Of a DNA stretch of 64,000 bases, positions 1 through 12,200 are shown in pieces. The stretch's first letter is position 1. Each line of letters opens with the position of its first letter. A model generated the notes under the pieces. That model searched no databases. It worked only from the letters and a program-made list of their open reading frames with translations, and was not told the DNA's origin. Source of the DNA: Neodothiora populina (lineage: Eukaryota); contig NW_027191413.1 of the NCBI RefSeq assembly GCF_041146345.1, forward strand, positions 2,914,001-2,978,000. The letters run 5' to 3'. The translations under genes were made by a program, and so were the position numbers.

Positions 1-871
1 TGACCCCCTTCTTTGCCAAAACAGCCATATCGGCGTTCAGAGGCGTCAGACGGGGATCACTCGCATCCCACTTCCCAGCCCACGTCGCCGCCGCGGAGTT
101 GGTAAACGGTATCGAGAGGATCGGGTCGTATTTACTCGCTGTGTGTAGCGCTGGCTCCTCGGACGCGGAAGGCGAGGGGTTTTGAGGCGTGAGATCTGCG
201 GTTGGTGAGATTACTAGTAGCGAGTCTGGGATGCGCAGGGGGGCGTATTGCGGTTGTGAGAGCATGTGCAGGACTAGGGACAGGACTATGTTGCCGCCGG
301 CGGAGTCGCCTGCGAAAGTGATGATCTCTTGGCTTGCTTTTTTTGTTGGTGTTGTGTCCTTTTCTATGCTGTCGCTGCTGGTCGATCCGGGGGTCATTAG
401 CGCGATGTAGAGCTCGACGAGAGCGGGAAACGACTCCGCTGCGGGAGAGTTGGGCGCTAATGGGTAGCTGACCATTGTGACGATGCATTCTTCTTCTGCT
501 GTCGATAGCGAGTTGCATACCTCGGCGCATAGTTTCCAGTGCTCGGGAGAAGGAGGCATTTGCCAGGCTCCACCGGCGAAGTAATAGATTCGTTTCCTTT
601 TTCTTTTCAATGTATTTGATCGAGCAGGCTGCTTGGGTCTCATGTCATACACCCAGATCCCGTTCTCCATTCTTCCTTCGGTGGACAAACTAACATGTCG
701 TTCGGAGACATCACATCTCTTCTGCGCATAATTGTGCGGAGTGAGTTTCTGTGATCCAGCAGGTAATTGCTTTCGGGGTGTGATTATCTTCGTCCCTAGA
801 CTTCTTTGCCGTAGGATGAACTGTAGGATAGACGTGGGCAGGGATTTATCTTCTTTTGTGATTGTCTTCAT
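1..871 (-). CDS. Alpha/beta hydrolase, HSL-family esterase/lipase (3' end runs off the window)
   Basis: Manual translation of the minus strand from ATG 871 stays open to the window edge: MKTITKEDKS...KRIYYFAGGAWQMPP (oxyanion-hole motif)...VSYPLAP...FAGDSAGGNIVL (nucleophile elbow)...LVISPTADL...DPILS. It is missing from the ORF track because no stop codon lies inside the window. Confidence 0.85.
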   Translation of the reverse strand, partial: MKTITKEDKSLPTSILQFILRQRSLGTKIITPRKQLPAGSQKLTPHNYAQKRCDVSERHVSLSTEGRMENGIWVYDMRPKQPARSNTLKRKRKRIYYFAGGAWQMPPSPEHWKLCAEVCNSLSTAEEECIVTMVSYPLAPNSPAAESFPALVELYIALMTPGSTSSDSIEKDTTPTKKASQEIITFAGDSAGGNIVLSLVLHMLSQPQYAPLRIPDSLLVISPTADLTPQNPSPSASEEPALHTASKYDPILSIPFTNSAAATWAGKWDASDPRLTPLNADMAVLAKKGV

Positions 872-1493
872 GGTTGAAGTTCTTTTCGTGGGGGGGGGCG
901 GGGGGGTTTCACTGCTTGTGATGGTTGTACTGCTTGAGACACGCGATCATGTGGAACCGTGATATTTGACGGATTGGAAAAGAGAATAGGATTTCGAGTG
1001 ATAAGATCACCAGTATGTGTTTGATGAAAGAGAAGCGTTAGTGGTGGCGAGAATAGACTCATGAGTTCCCAGCACTAGAAAGCAGGTTGATATTAGGGTA
1101 CATTACGTGCATGTACCCAGGATAAAATGGGAAATATCAACGACTCGATTATTCTTCTACCTGGGATCTAGAGCCTATTATCGGAATTGTCTTCATGACG
1201 TGGATATGTGAAATATTGAGACCGTGGGAAGGTTGATGTTGTGGTTGGTGACGTCATATATATATCTTGCTCCTTTTGCTGTTCTACCTCAATGGCTATC
1301 AGTGGTATTATTTCCGTAACTTCAGGAGGAACCAAGGACCAGAGTCCACGTATTGCATACGTATTCTCCATCCGTGATTGAGATTGTAGTGCACAGAGGA
1401 AGACTCGACCGTCATAGATGCAGACCCCCCGTGACTAGATCAGAAGAATATCTGAAGATTGACCCCGATCATGCGTTGGCATTGAGACTCAGG

Positions 1494-2972
1494 CTACAGA
1501 GGGCTTCCTTCATCCACAGTAATTGGAGCGCTGATATCGGTGCCTTTGTTCTTCGCAGCTCTAACTCTGGCTCTTTCGAGTTCCCTGACTTCTTGCCAGT
1601 GTACAGCTATCCATTCTTTAGCTCTTTCATCAAGTCCATCGCCTTCCGAGTCCGGACCTAGAAATCCGCCAAGGTTGAGTTGATGATCTCCGGGAGATAT
1701 TGTTACCGTGCTTCTGAACTGCGCTGTCACAGTCGAGTCGCGGATGATGAGTTTCTTGTTTGCCGTGAACCCCAAGTCTCCTAGCTGAGTCGTGTAGAGG
1801 GGGTCGGGTTCAGAGACTGGCACGATTGTCGCCCACCTCCGAATGGCTCGGATAATCTCGTTGACTTTATACTTGCTCAACTTAGTCATCTCACTCAACC
1901 AATCCGCGAGAAGGACCCTCGCTTTCTCGTCCTTGTTGGCGGCGAGCACTTCTACAATGCGGGTTGCATACTCCTCCTCCTTCCCAAAGGCCTCTAGAGC
2001 ATCTGCCAGGAAGCTTCTGCGTGCCTCTCTGACGGGTATAAGGACAAGTGGAAAAGTTGGTAGAATTCCATCGATGAAGCGGGTAAAGAGACGTCGTGTC
2101 TGGAGACGTCGCTTGTGGTCGCCGCTATCGTCTTTTGCATTTCTGGATTCTTTCGCATTTTCCGCATCTCTTTCGCTGCGAGACGCCTCTCTTTGGTACC
2201 GTCTTGCAAATCTAGCTTCGCGGATCCATTCGAAAAATTCTAGCTCCGTGTCGAACCCTTCGTTGTACTTGCTGGTATCAAGACCAAGGAATCCCATCAC
2301 ATGCTCGGGAGACCTGGAAAGAAAGATCATGGACTTTTGCCAGTTACGAGCTTCTTGCTCCTCTATGCGCACGAAGAACCCTCTGTCATTTGACGTCAGA
2401 CCCATATCGTAGGAGAGATAACCGATGATCTGGCCTAAATCGCCGTAAGAGTGCAGGTATTGATTCCAGGCTAGAGAGAGATTCGCCGGGCAAACATGGA
2501 TATCGATCTGAGCGTAGTTCGTAGTACTCCCTTCTTGTGACAACACAGGAGCCTCAAGGTCATCGTGGTCAGAGGCAGATGCCTTTGTCACATTCCCACT
2601 AACGGATCTGATGCCTGGTCGTCCTGTCTCTGTATGCTCCTCATTCTCACCCTCTGTTACAATATGATCTAGATCTGGCCAAGGTATCGCGAAGGTGAAG
2701 TCGAAACCATTCGCTAGAGTCCGATTGGCGTTGAGAGCTCTCGCAATTTTATCGTTAGCTTCCTCAGTACGAGGATCTTGAACTAGGAAATCAATATCGC
2801 CAAAGTCTTCTTTCTCTGGCGCGTCCCTGAGTGTCGAAACAACAGTATAGTAGTCGCATATTACATTCTCGCATTTGTCACGAAGAGTCGAGTAAATCGC
2901 TCGAGACATACGCGGCGTGATGAGTGCCGGTTCACCATTTGGGCCTGGTAGGATGAAAGCACGTCCACCCAT
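1494..2972 (-). CDS. Uncharacterised Pol-beta-superfamily (PolX-like) nucleotidyltransferase, 492 aa, intronless
   Basis: Long single ORF with MGGRAF...TPRM, PEKEDFGDIDFLV (G-D-x-D metal motif), QIDIHV (candidate third catalytic Asp), and HSYGDLGQIIG..GLTSNDRG and VMGFLGLD, which resemble a PolX thumb. Confidence 0.75.
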   Translation of the reverse strand: MGGRAFILPGPNGEPALITPRMSRAIYSTLRDKCENVICDYYTVVSTLRDAPEKEDFGDIDFLVQDPRTEEANDKIARALNANRTLANGFDFTFAIPWPDLDHIVTEGENEEHTETGRPGIRSVSGNVTKASASDHDDLEAPVLSQEGSTTNYAQIDIHVCPANLSLAWNQYLHSYGDLGQIIGYLSYDMGLTSNDRGFFVRIEEQEARNWQKSMIFLSRSPEHVMGFLGLDTSKYNEGFDTELEFFEWIREARFARRYQREASRSERDAENAKESRNAKDDSGDHKRRLQTRRLFTRFIDGILPTFPLVLIPVREARRSFLADALEAFGKEEEYATRIVEVLAANKDEKARVLLADWLSEMTKLSKYKVNEIIRAIRRWATIVPVSEPDPLYTTQLGDLGFTANKKLIIRDSTVTAQFRSTVTISPGDHQLNLGGFLGPDSEGDGLDERAKEWIAVHWQEVRELERARVRAAKNKGTDISAPITVDEGSPL

Positions 2973-3084
2973 GATGCAGGATATCCTAATTTCAGTTCAA
3001 AGCACACTCGAATTGGTTATCTTGACTATGGGTGCCGGTGGATAGCTCGTTGATGCAACTCGGAATGACAATTCCAGTTGCCCA

Positions 3085-3108
3085 ATGATGATGATGATGA
3101 TGATGATG
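3085..3108. repeat. (ATG)8 trinucleotide microsatellite
   Basis: atgatgatgatgatgatgatgatg lies just upstream of the nucleotidyltransferase start. Confidence 0.9.
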
Positions 3109-4521
3109 AGATAGCCACAGTGAAAGGAAGGCAGGGAATTATATCTGGTAAAAGTGTTATTAAGCTGCTCTGCTTAAGCTCTCATTTACATTGGAACAAG
3201 TGCTAGCTCCATAAGGTGCATGAATCAAAGACGTGTGGGCTAATATTCGCTGATTATCACTGATGTTAGCAACAGTGAGGATGGGCTGGAATGTATCGGC
3301 AGTGTGAACGATGAGTCCGGCCATGAGAGCGACACCACGTGCTTCAATATTCTCATCGTAAGAAGGTATAATGGAGAGGCGGAAAGGCTTGGCCGTCCTT
3401 CGTCTCGAAGGTCGCTACTGCAGTCAGTGCCGAGTCACTCAGACACGTGGGATGACTTTATCTCTAGCACTGCTGTCCTTGAACGTTGACGACTCAAAGT
3501 ATGCTTATACATGGTGTCAAGGCTCGTAAAGAAGACATTGTCATCCCAAGCAAGATGCGGTAGTTACTGTGCTTAAGAATCAGCACATGATCAGCCCACC
3601 TTAGCAATGAGAACATGATAGCTAAAGCACAACATTTAGCAGCAAGATAGAAGGAGTTCAAAAGTTTTGTGCACCAAGATAGACCTCGGAATGTGCTGAA
3701 TTATAAATCGAAACAAGATTTCACGTAGGTTTTCCCACTTATCAAACAAACAAGTACTGCACATCACAGTAGCTGGTGACAAGAGCTCACAGCACGAATT
3801 GTTCTTGGAGCATGGACCTACCAGATCATCAACACTAAGATACATACGGGATTAGATGTTTGCAGATTATATGCGCATACTCTGTAGTCGCATCACTCGA
3901 TTGTGGTTCATGAAGATGCTCGGATGACAGCTTCCTTTCACGTGCAGCATGAATATTTTGACATGGCAACAATACAGCTCGATAATTGCAGCTCGCTTGA
4001 AGTACAGTGATAATTACCAGGTAATTACTAAGTATCGTGGTTGTACTGTACGGCAGAGAGTCCGACACCTCTTTATTAAGGCGGACGGCAACTACCTATA
4101 CCGCAATCATCCCACCATCAAGTCCGAGTCTACCTTAACCCCAGCAAATGCCATAACTGTAATGGAGCGAGACAGAACAACGTCAGAGCTTGGCATTCTT
4201 TTGCCTTGCAGGTGGCCTACCTGGTAGGAACTTCGTAATGCGCTACGCTACGCTACACTGCTCAGGAACCTTGAATGTGATCGTGTCGTTCAAGCTGCAT
4301 ACTCACACATAATTTCTGTATCATCAACGCGGCTCCCTATTCCCTTGAGACTTTGAATTGCGCAGGCGCGTTTTCTGTTTGCTCTTCTGTAACACCAGGC
4401 CGCCAACGCACCTTTCCATCCAGCAGCAGACACAGCGACACAACCGCGCCTTCCGCCGCTGCCTGCACAGGCTCTACCACCTTCCCTAGCTAGGCAATCT
4501 TGCTACACCTCACACTTGTCC

Positions 4522-7500
4522 ATGATGGATGTACGTATTCTCTTGCATACTTCACTCTGTTCAATTTCACTTGCTTCTTTCATGTGCTGCATGCTGTAGA
4601 GACAAACACGGGAATGCTTCTTTGACTTGCATCTTCCCCAATTTCTGTTTCTGCATTCCAGCCAACCCCCCCTAAGATTGTCATCATCATCACAAGATCC
4701 AGCAATGGCAGACTCTCTCACTCTTGATCATCTCTCGCTGAGCCAGCAACAGATGAACAGCGACATGCTTGTCGACTCAGATTATGACGACAAGGCGCAA
4801 GACGTCACGATTATAACCCCAGATGACGAATCAATGGACGATCAAAGCCAGGATCCCCTGGCGGACGATTTTGAGGCAATGCGCGAACGATGGATGCCTT
4901 ATGACCCTGACCTGGAGGTAGAAGCCGAAGCAATTGACACATGGGATGTCAAGGACTGGCGAACATTGCCTAAGAGAACACATGGACCTACCTTCGAGTG
5001 TGGCAACGACCCTTGGAGGATCCTGTTTTTTCCTGCTGGCAACAACGCGTCCGACTCTGTCAGCTTCTATCTTGAGCATGGATATACCGAAGACATCAAA
5101 GCACCCGAGAACTGGTACTCCTGTGTCAGGTTTATGCTGGTGCTCTGGAATCCAAAGGATCCCTCAATCTACATACATCACGAGGCTAACCACCGGTTCA
5201 CTTTGGATGAGGGTGACTGGGGCTTCACTCGCTTTGCAGAAAAGAACAAAGTATTTGCTGTGCCATATGAGGATAAGGCCAGACCACTGGTTGAAAATGA
5301 CTGTGCAAAGGTGACAGCATACGTGAGAGTGCTCAAAGACCCTACCGGAGTGCTATGGCACAACTTTGTAAAGTGAGCTGACTCGTGCTGTCGTCCCCGA
5401 GTTGACTGAGCTGACATGGGTTGCGCAGCTACGATTCGAAGAAAGAAACTGGGATGGTCGGTCTCCGTAACCAGGGTGCGACCTGCTATCTCAACTCATT
5501 GCTGCAATCTTTGTATTTCACGAACTCATTCAGAAAGGTATGCGATTGCGCTGATCTCCGTTCCTGGGAACATGTCGAACTGACAATGCAGGCTGTCTAC
5601 CAAATACCAACGGAAAACGAGCAAGACGCTGCAAGCAGTAGCGCATGGGCTCTGCAACGCTTATTCTACAAACTCCAGACCGACCCCGTGGCTGTATCGA
5701 CTATGGAACTTACTCGATCTTTTGGCTGGGAATCTCGCCAAGTCTTTGAGCAGCAGGATGTGCAAGAGTTGTCGAGAATCTTAATGGATAAAATGGAGGA
5801 GAAGATGAAGGGCACAGCAGCGGAGAATGCTCTCGCCGACATGTTTGTGGGCAAAATGAAGACTTACATTCGATGCATCAACGTCGATTTCGAGTCTTCG
5901 CGCGTTGAAGACTTCTGGGACCTGCAACTCAATGTCAGCGGGTGCAAGAGTCTGAAAGACAGTCTGGAGAACTACATTGAGGTTGAGACCCTCGAAGGCG
6001 ACAACAAATATCAGGCTGAAGGATTCGGTCTTCAGGACGCCAAGAAGGGTGTCATTTTCGAGTCATTCCCTCAGGTTCTGCATCTACAGCTCAAACGCTT
6101 CGAATACGACTTTGTACGGGACATGATGGTCAAGGTCAATGATCGCTACGAGTTTCCGGAGACCTTTGATGCCTCTCCCTATCTCTCTGATACTGCTGAC
6201 AAGTCAGAACCATACATATACCACCTCCACGGTGTACTAGTCCACTCTGGCGATATGAATGCTGGTCACTACTATGCGTTCCTCAAGCCTTCCAAGGATA
6301 GTCCCTTCTACAAATTCGACGACGACCGAGTCACACGAGCGACCAAGAAAGAAGCCATGGACGAGAACTTTGGTGGCGAGTACAGCGTCAATGGTGTCAA
6401 TGGCATGAAGGTCCAGAACCCCTTCACTAGGCAATGGTCAACTAAGCGTTCCATGAGCGCATACATGTTGGTTTATATCAGAGAGAGCCGTCTGGATCAA
6501 ATCTTGCCACCGAGCGACTCGGTCCAACCTCCGGAGCACCTACCCAAGCGACTCAACGAAGAACGCGCCATCCAGGAAAAGCGACGGAAGGAGCGCGAGG
6601 AAGCACACCTCTACATGAATGTCCAGGTCGCCACAAAGGAACATTTCAAGAATTACCAGGGCTTCGACATTGTAGAGTGGAAGCCTGACGAAGAAAACGA
6701 CCCGGCTGCGCCCAAGACATTGAAATGCCGCAAAGCTGCGACCTTGACCGATTTCGTCAAACAGGCTGCCGAAGCCTTCTCAATTGAACCTGATATGATT
6801 CGTCCTTGGATTATGGTTAATCGTCAGAATGGCACAGTCCGTCCAGATCACCCTCTATTGATGCCAGGCATGACTCTTGAAGAGGCGAATCAGAAGTTCA
6901 GTACGCGACAAGCCCATTTTAGGATCTTCTTGGAGCAAGCCGAAAGCCGCGACGAAGCGGGTCTTCCCGTGTTCGAACCCAAGCAGCCCGCGGCCGCTCC
7001 TGCAGAGTCAGAGAAAGACAAGCCTATCATTATCTTCCTTAAATACTTTGACATGGAGAAGCAGGAGCTCAAGGGCGTGGGTCATACCTATATGTTCCAG
7101 TCTAACAAGGTCTCCGATCTTGCTCAGCCTATCCTGAAGAAGATGGGCTGGGGAACTGGTGTGCATTTGAAGCTCTACGAGGTATGTCATAAGATGGCCG
7201 CAACGTTCACATGTGATTTCACTGACTCTTTCAAGGAAATCAAGCACAACTATATCGATGTGATGAAGCCGGTGCAGTCCCTTCTCCAGTCTGAGCTACA
7301 GGATGGAGACATCGTCTGCTTCCAGACCATTCTTCCGGAAGCCGAGTAAGTCGATGACTTGTGATCATATTAGTATCAAAGCTCTCTAACAGCCCCACAG
7401 ACTCTCTGCTTTCAAAGAGAAGCATCCGTCCTTTTACACGGAACCTCCAGCGTTCTATGACTACCTCCTCAATCGCCAAGAAGTCACATTCATACCGAAA

Positions 7501-8572
7501 CCTGGTTCGTCACAAGCACTCAAGCTGGATGAGGACAAGGGGACCTTCCCGCTCTACTTGTCGAAGAAGGATAGCTACGATGCGTTTACCAGCCGTGTTG
7601 CAGCACATCTCTCACAGCTTAGTGGAACCCCGGTCGATCCTACCCATATCCGCTTCAGTACGATGAACGCCAACAACTGGAAGGCTCGGGCTGTTGTGAA
7701 GCGTGTACCGAATGCAACATTGAATAACATCCTTGCTGGCATGGCAGGTTATGGAAGCTATGGCTACAGTAGCCAGGCCAATGATGCACTATACTACGAA
7801 GTTATGGAGATGAGCTTGGCTGAGCTCGAGCAACGCAAGAACATCAGGATATCCTGGTTGACCGAAGGCATCCAGAAAGAGGTAAAATTTCCGTCCTTTG
7901 ACATCACTCATAGTCCGCTGCTAACATGTAATACAGGAAATCTTCGACATCCTTGCACCCAAAGCTGGTCGTCTTGGTGATGCTCTAGCCGCTTTCCAGC
8001 AGCGTGCACGCCTTCCAGATGAGGTCATGGAGCAGATCCGATTCTACGAGACTCATTCTAGCCGCATCTTCAAAAAGATCGACAGCACGCACCCCATTTC
8101 CGAGATCAACGAGTTCATGTTCATCTACGGCGAGCGAATACCCGAGGAAGAACTCAGCATGAATCCTGAGGCTGGTGACAAGCTTATCTCATGCTTCCAC
8201 TTTGACAAGGAGCCCAGCAAAGCCCACAATATTCCCTTCTTCTTTGTAATGAAGGAAGGTGAGATATTCAAGGAGACCAAGGAGCGTCTGAGCAAACGTA
8301 CAGGCATCAAGGGCAAGCAATTCGAGAAGATCAAGTTTGCGATCGTGAGAGGAGGTCAAAGCTACAGCAGACCTGTCTACGTCGAAGAAGGTGAGTCCGA
8401 ATGCGCTGCACTCGAATATCATGAGACTGGAAATTTATTGACCGACGCCGCAGTCCTCGGTGAAGACGACATTCTTTCGGACAAGCTTGGACCAGACGAC
8501 TTGCTGGGACTTGACCACGTCAATAAGACTAGAGCCTACGTTGGCAAGTACGAGAGCTTGAACATTCGCTGA
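4522..8572 (+). CDS. UBP15: Ubiquitin C-terminal hydrolase UBP15/USP7 ortholog (MATH + USP + UBL domains), multi-exon
   Basis: MATH domain (WRILFFPAGN...DWGFTRF), Cys box GLRNQGATCYLNSLLQ, QQDVQE, His box LVHSGDMNAGHYY and FDD. Inferred introns include 4531-4746/4752 (after the micro-exon ATGATGGAT), 5373-5428, 5538-5591, 7182-7235, ~7345-7400, ~7882-7937 and 8391-8453. The start codon is uncertain (alternatives near 4705 and 4753). Confidence 0.93.
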
Positions 8573-9297
8573 GTCTGAAGCATAGAGGGATCGGGTGGCA
8601 GGATAGACCTTGCGGGATGGCATGATCGACATTGAGCGTACTTGATTTTTATGATGCTTGGACTGGGTATGATTTGCCGGATTCGTGCGCGTGTTCGTAC
8701 AGTGGTAGGACGATGAGACTTTCATAAGTCAGGGTCTGAAGAGTAAGGAAGAGGACAGGGGATGCGATAGCATGACCACATCCTATCTCCAGACTTTGTC
8801 TCTCTTACTTTCCCTTTTTATCACTAATCAGCAGGACTTGTAAGTTCAAAAGGAGAAAATGGGAGTCAATCGGAGTCTTTTTGTAGTGTCGTTATGCATT
8901 ACCAGAAGAGTCTGTCGAAGACGAAGAAACGAATAAATAAAGAAGAGATTGCTCATCACATGTAGTAATTTGTGCACCAAGTCAGTGATCAGACAGCAGA
9001 CTACCCAAGGTGATAAGGCAAAGAACCTCTGGAGACTGGATTGCAAAGTCAGGATGGACCAGTCGGAAAAGAATGAAGATACACATCCACACAGAACGCA
9101 CATACCACGCCAGAACGCGAAGAAGCAAATTGTATAGGAGAGGTCGGGAAAGGATAGAGATATAAATACACTCTCACGCGAAACGCACATGATACCCAGA
9201 TAACTAGGTGTTCAAGATTATGTGTGATCTGCAAAGTCAAGATAAATACCAGTAGAAGTGCGAGAAAAGGTTTTCTGATAAAACATTATTATCATCG

Positions 9298-12200
9298 CTA
9301 TGGGATGTTGAAATCTGCCCCATCGAAGCCCTTGAGAAGATCTACATCCCCGAGGTCAAACCTGAAAGATGAGTCATAAAAGCATGAAGTGACATCAAAG
9401 CTCGGTTGATCTGGCCATGAGACGTTGTTCTGTTCGGTCAATGCATTCATGCCAGATACAAAGGCGCTATCGTGGCCCATTGGGCGCTTGTCGTTGCTGA
9501 GCGGCGTACGCTTAGCGTATGAGAATGATGGTGGTGGCATAAGGCCTGAATTAGTTGAAATACTTCCTCTCCACGTTGAGTCGTTGTCGACGGGGCATTC
9601 CAGTACAGAGGGTGCTGGCAAGTCTTTAGAGATCGCAGATTGAGAGGACCCAGACTGCGGTGTGAAAAGAAAAGGAGGTGAGTCATCGGACTTTGGCAAG
9701 CTCGAACTGGCAGAGTGATCATGACTTCTTCGAGGTGGCTGTACGCAGGACGATGCCGTGGACTCGACCCTCGCGGCGGCCTGGGGCTGGCATTGTTGCG
9801 TCGTCGATGCTCTAGGCAACCCGGTCATCTCATCTAGAACGGTATTTACAAGATATCGTAGTAAGCTCTGGCTCCAATCTACTATCTGACCTTCACTAGG
9901 ACCACCGTGCTCGATGATATAGGATCGAGCTAGGTCTACTGCAAGTCTTCCTCCCTGAGCATTGACGAAATTATTGAGCAAATCAAGGTGTACACATATC
10001 GAAGGATCAACATCTGATGCTTGTTAGTACTTGAGCCAGGCCTTGTTCCCGTAGACTTGAGCAGTCTTACATGGTGACGAGGGTCTCCCAGATTCGGGAA
10101 AGAGGATATCAAAGACCAGAAACCAATTTTCCTCGATACTGTTCTTCGCTGATCCCCTTATCTTGAGCCTGTGCCGTTTGTCAGGGCTAATGCCCTCCAC
10201 TTGCCTCCATGGCAATCGATCACAGATCCTTAGCTTTTCATGCTGAGTTAGATCCTCTTCGTTCTCGAAGTTCTGGTAACAACTCCGGCAGTGGAGAGGT
10301 TGGAGGTGACAGCGCCATAAGTGCTGCCTGATCCATACATGTTAGAGTTCTACGAACGAGTTCAGGTGCGTTGGAAAGGAGACTTACTTCACATAATTGA
10401 CCGCTGTCATCTTCAGAACACGGCAGTTCGCATACTTCTTCGGGTCGATCTTGTAGAATGGACAGGCGAGTCTCGGGTGATTCTCCTCTTGGTCGACCTT
10501 TCGAGGCGTCTTGCGGCGTCGAGGAGAGCCGTCTTCGTCCTCATCTTGGTTTCCATCATCTCTTTCTCTGGCAGGGCGATTTACTTTCCTCTTACGGTCT
10601 CCTAAAGAGCTGCTCGATGAGCCCACTATATTTGCACTTCCTGCGGATGTAGCACCAACGTCATGTCTTCCAGTACCTGTCCCTTCATCGCACTCAGGTG
10701 GGCTTACACCTTGCTGGGAATTTCGTGAACGTGCATACCACATAAGCTGTGTATCTGCACATGTCGAATGTGGTTGAAGTAGAACTGCTTCTGGGAAGGT
10801 GAAGGACATATGAGGCCTCCATGCATACTCTGACGATACATCAGCCGGGATCTCGGTCGTCGTGTAAAAAGCTACATATGCTTTGCGTAAATTGGGAACA
10901 ACACTTCTACAAAACTGCATCTCTGGTAGCTCATTTTGAAGCTCACAAAAAGTCTGAAACAACGCACTGAGACAATCTACTGGAAGACTATCCTCCTCGT
11001 CCTGAGAGCTGTCATCCCATACAGTCGTGACAGAATTCGCAGAATCAGGCGACATGCGAGGAGATGTGTGCTTGTTGACCTGCACATTCAATTTATCGGT
11101 CCGTTCGTAATCCGAATGATCTACACAGGCGGCGTCCCCTATGGGTGTTCTATCTCTAGTCGCCGATGGCTCGCTCAGACCTTGTTGTTGGTGGCATATT
11201 GTTGCATATTGCGCCGCACTGTCAATAGTATCAGGGTGCTTTTCGCCAAGTAATCTTCTCCGTAGCCGTAGTACTTCAAACATAAGCTCTCCAGCAAGTC
11301 TCGATAGACCCAGTTGATGTGATTCTGCTGCTACGATCGTCATACTTTTGATCTTGTCGAAGCATTCCACACCTAGTGTCTCTGGCTGTGATTGCATCAC
11401 CTTTTCCAAAATCGACTCGACTTCTTCCAATCGATCTTGATGGTAATATCTCGCGATAATAGCGATTAGACTGCCGATCGTTTCGGAATGTTGTTTTCCG
11501 AGTGCTTCCCGTTGCAGTTGCAGGACTCTTATGTGAAGCTCTCCAGCCTCTTTCCATCGACCTCGCTGGTGATACGTTGCTGCAAGATTCGACATGGCTT
11601 TGATAGTATTAGGGTGTTCTTTACCCCAGATGTCTATCGACGCCTCGAGTTGTTGTTCATACTCCTCAGGATCATTCGATTGATCTTGCATATGGTATTT
11701 CCCGAAACCGGAATTTGGAGAGCCATTGGTGGTAGCCTCTGAGCTGAGTCCTTGTCTCCACCCTTCTGACGCAGTTGCATATGCTCTTCCAGTAGCTTTT
11801 GGTTTCCGATATTTTCGACATTCAAGACGGTCATGAGGTATCGAGACACCACAATGAGGGCAGAATGGAACCGGCAGACCATTGCTAGGGTCGACAGCAG
11901 ATTTCTTGGCTGTTCTGAGGTCTTCTACTGATTTTGCGTGGTTTCCCTGCTGTTCTGTTTTTCCGTAACGATCAAGCATTTCACTTTGCCTGAAGGAGCG
12001 AGATAGCTCTGTGAAAGGCTCTTCGTATATAGCGGCAGACAAGGTTTGAAAGTATTCTGGTATTTGGTACGGACTTTGAGATGCCGGGTTTGCCCTTTCA
12101 AAACCGGGGTACTCAATTATGTTGATGTTACAAGACGACGAATCCATTTGACCTGAATAGCAAGTTGCCGCCGAACCGTACGCAGAGTCAACCTCGGTCT

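Noticed and set aside
132..530. 132-aa minus-strand ORF and neighbouring short ORFs (including 868-1062)
   Set aside because: These are alternative-frame shadows or upstream sequence of the real esterase frame (ATG 871), which carries GDSAGG.
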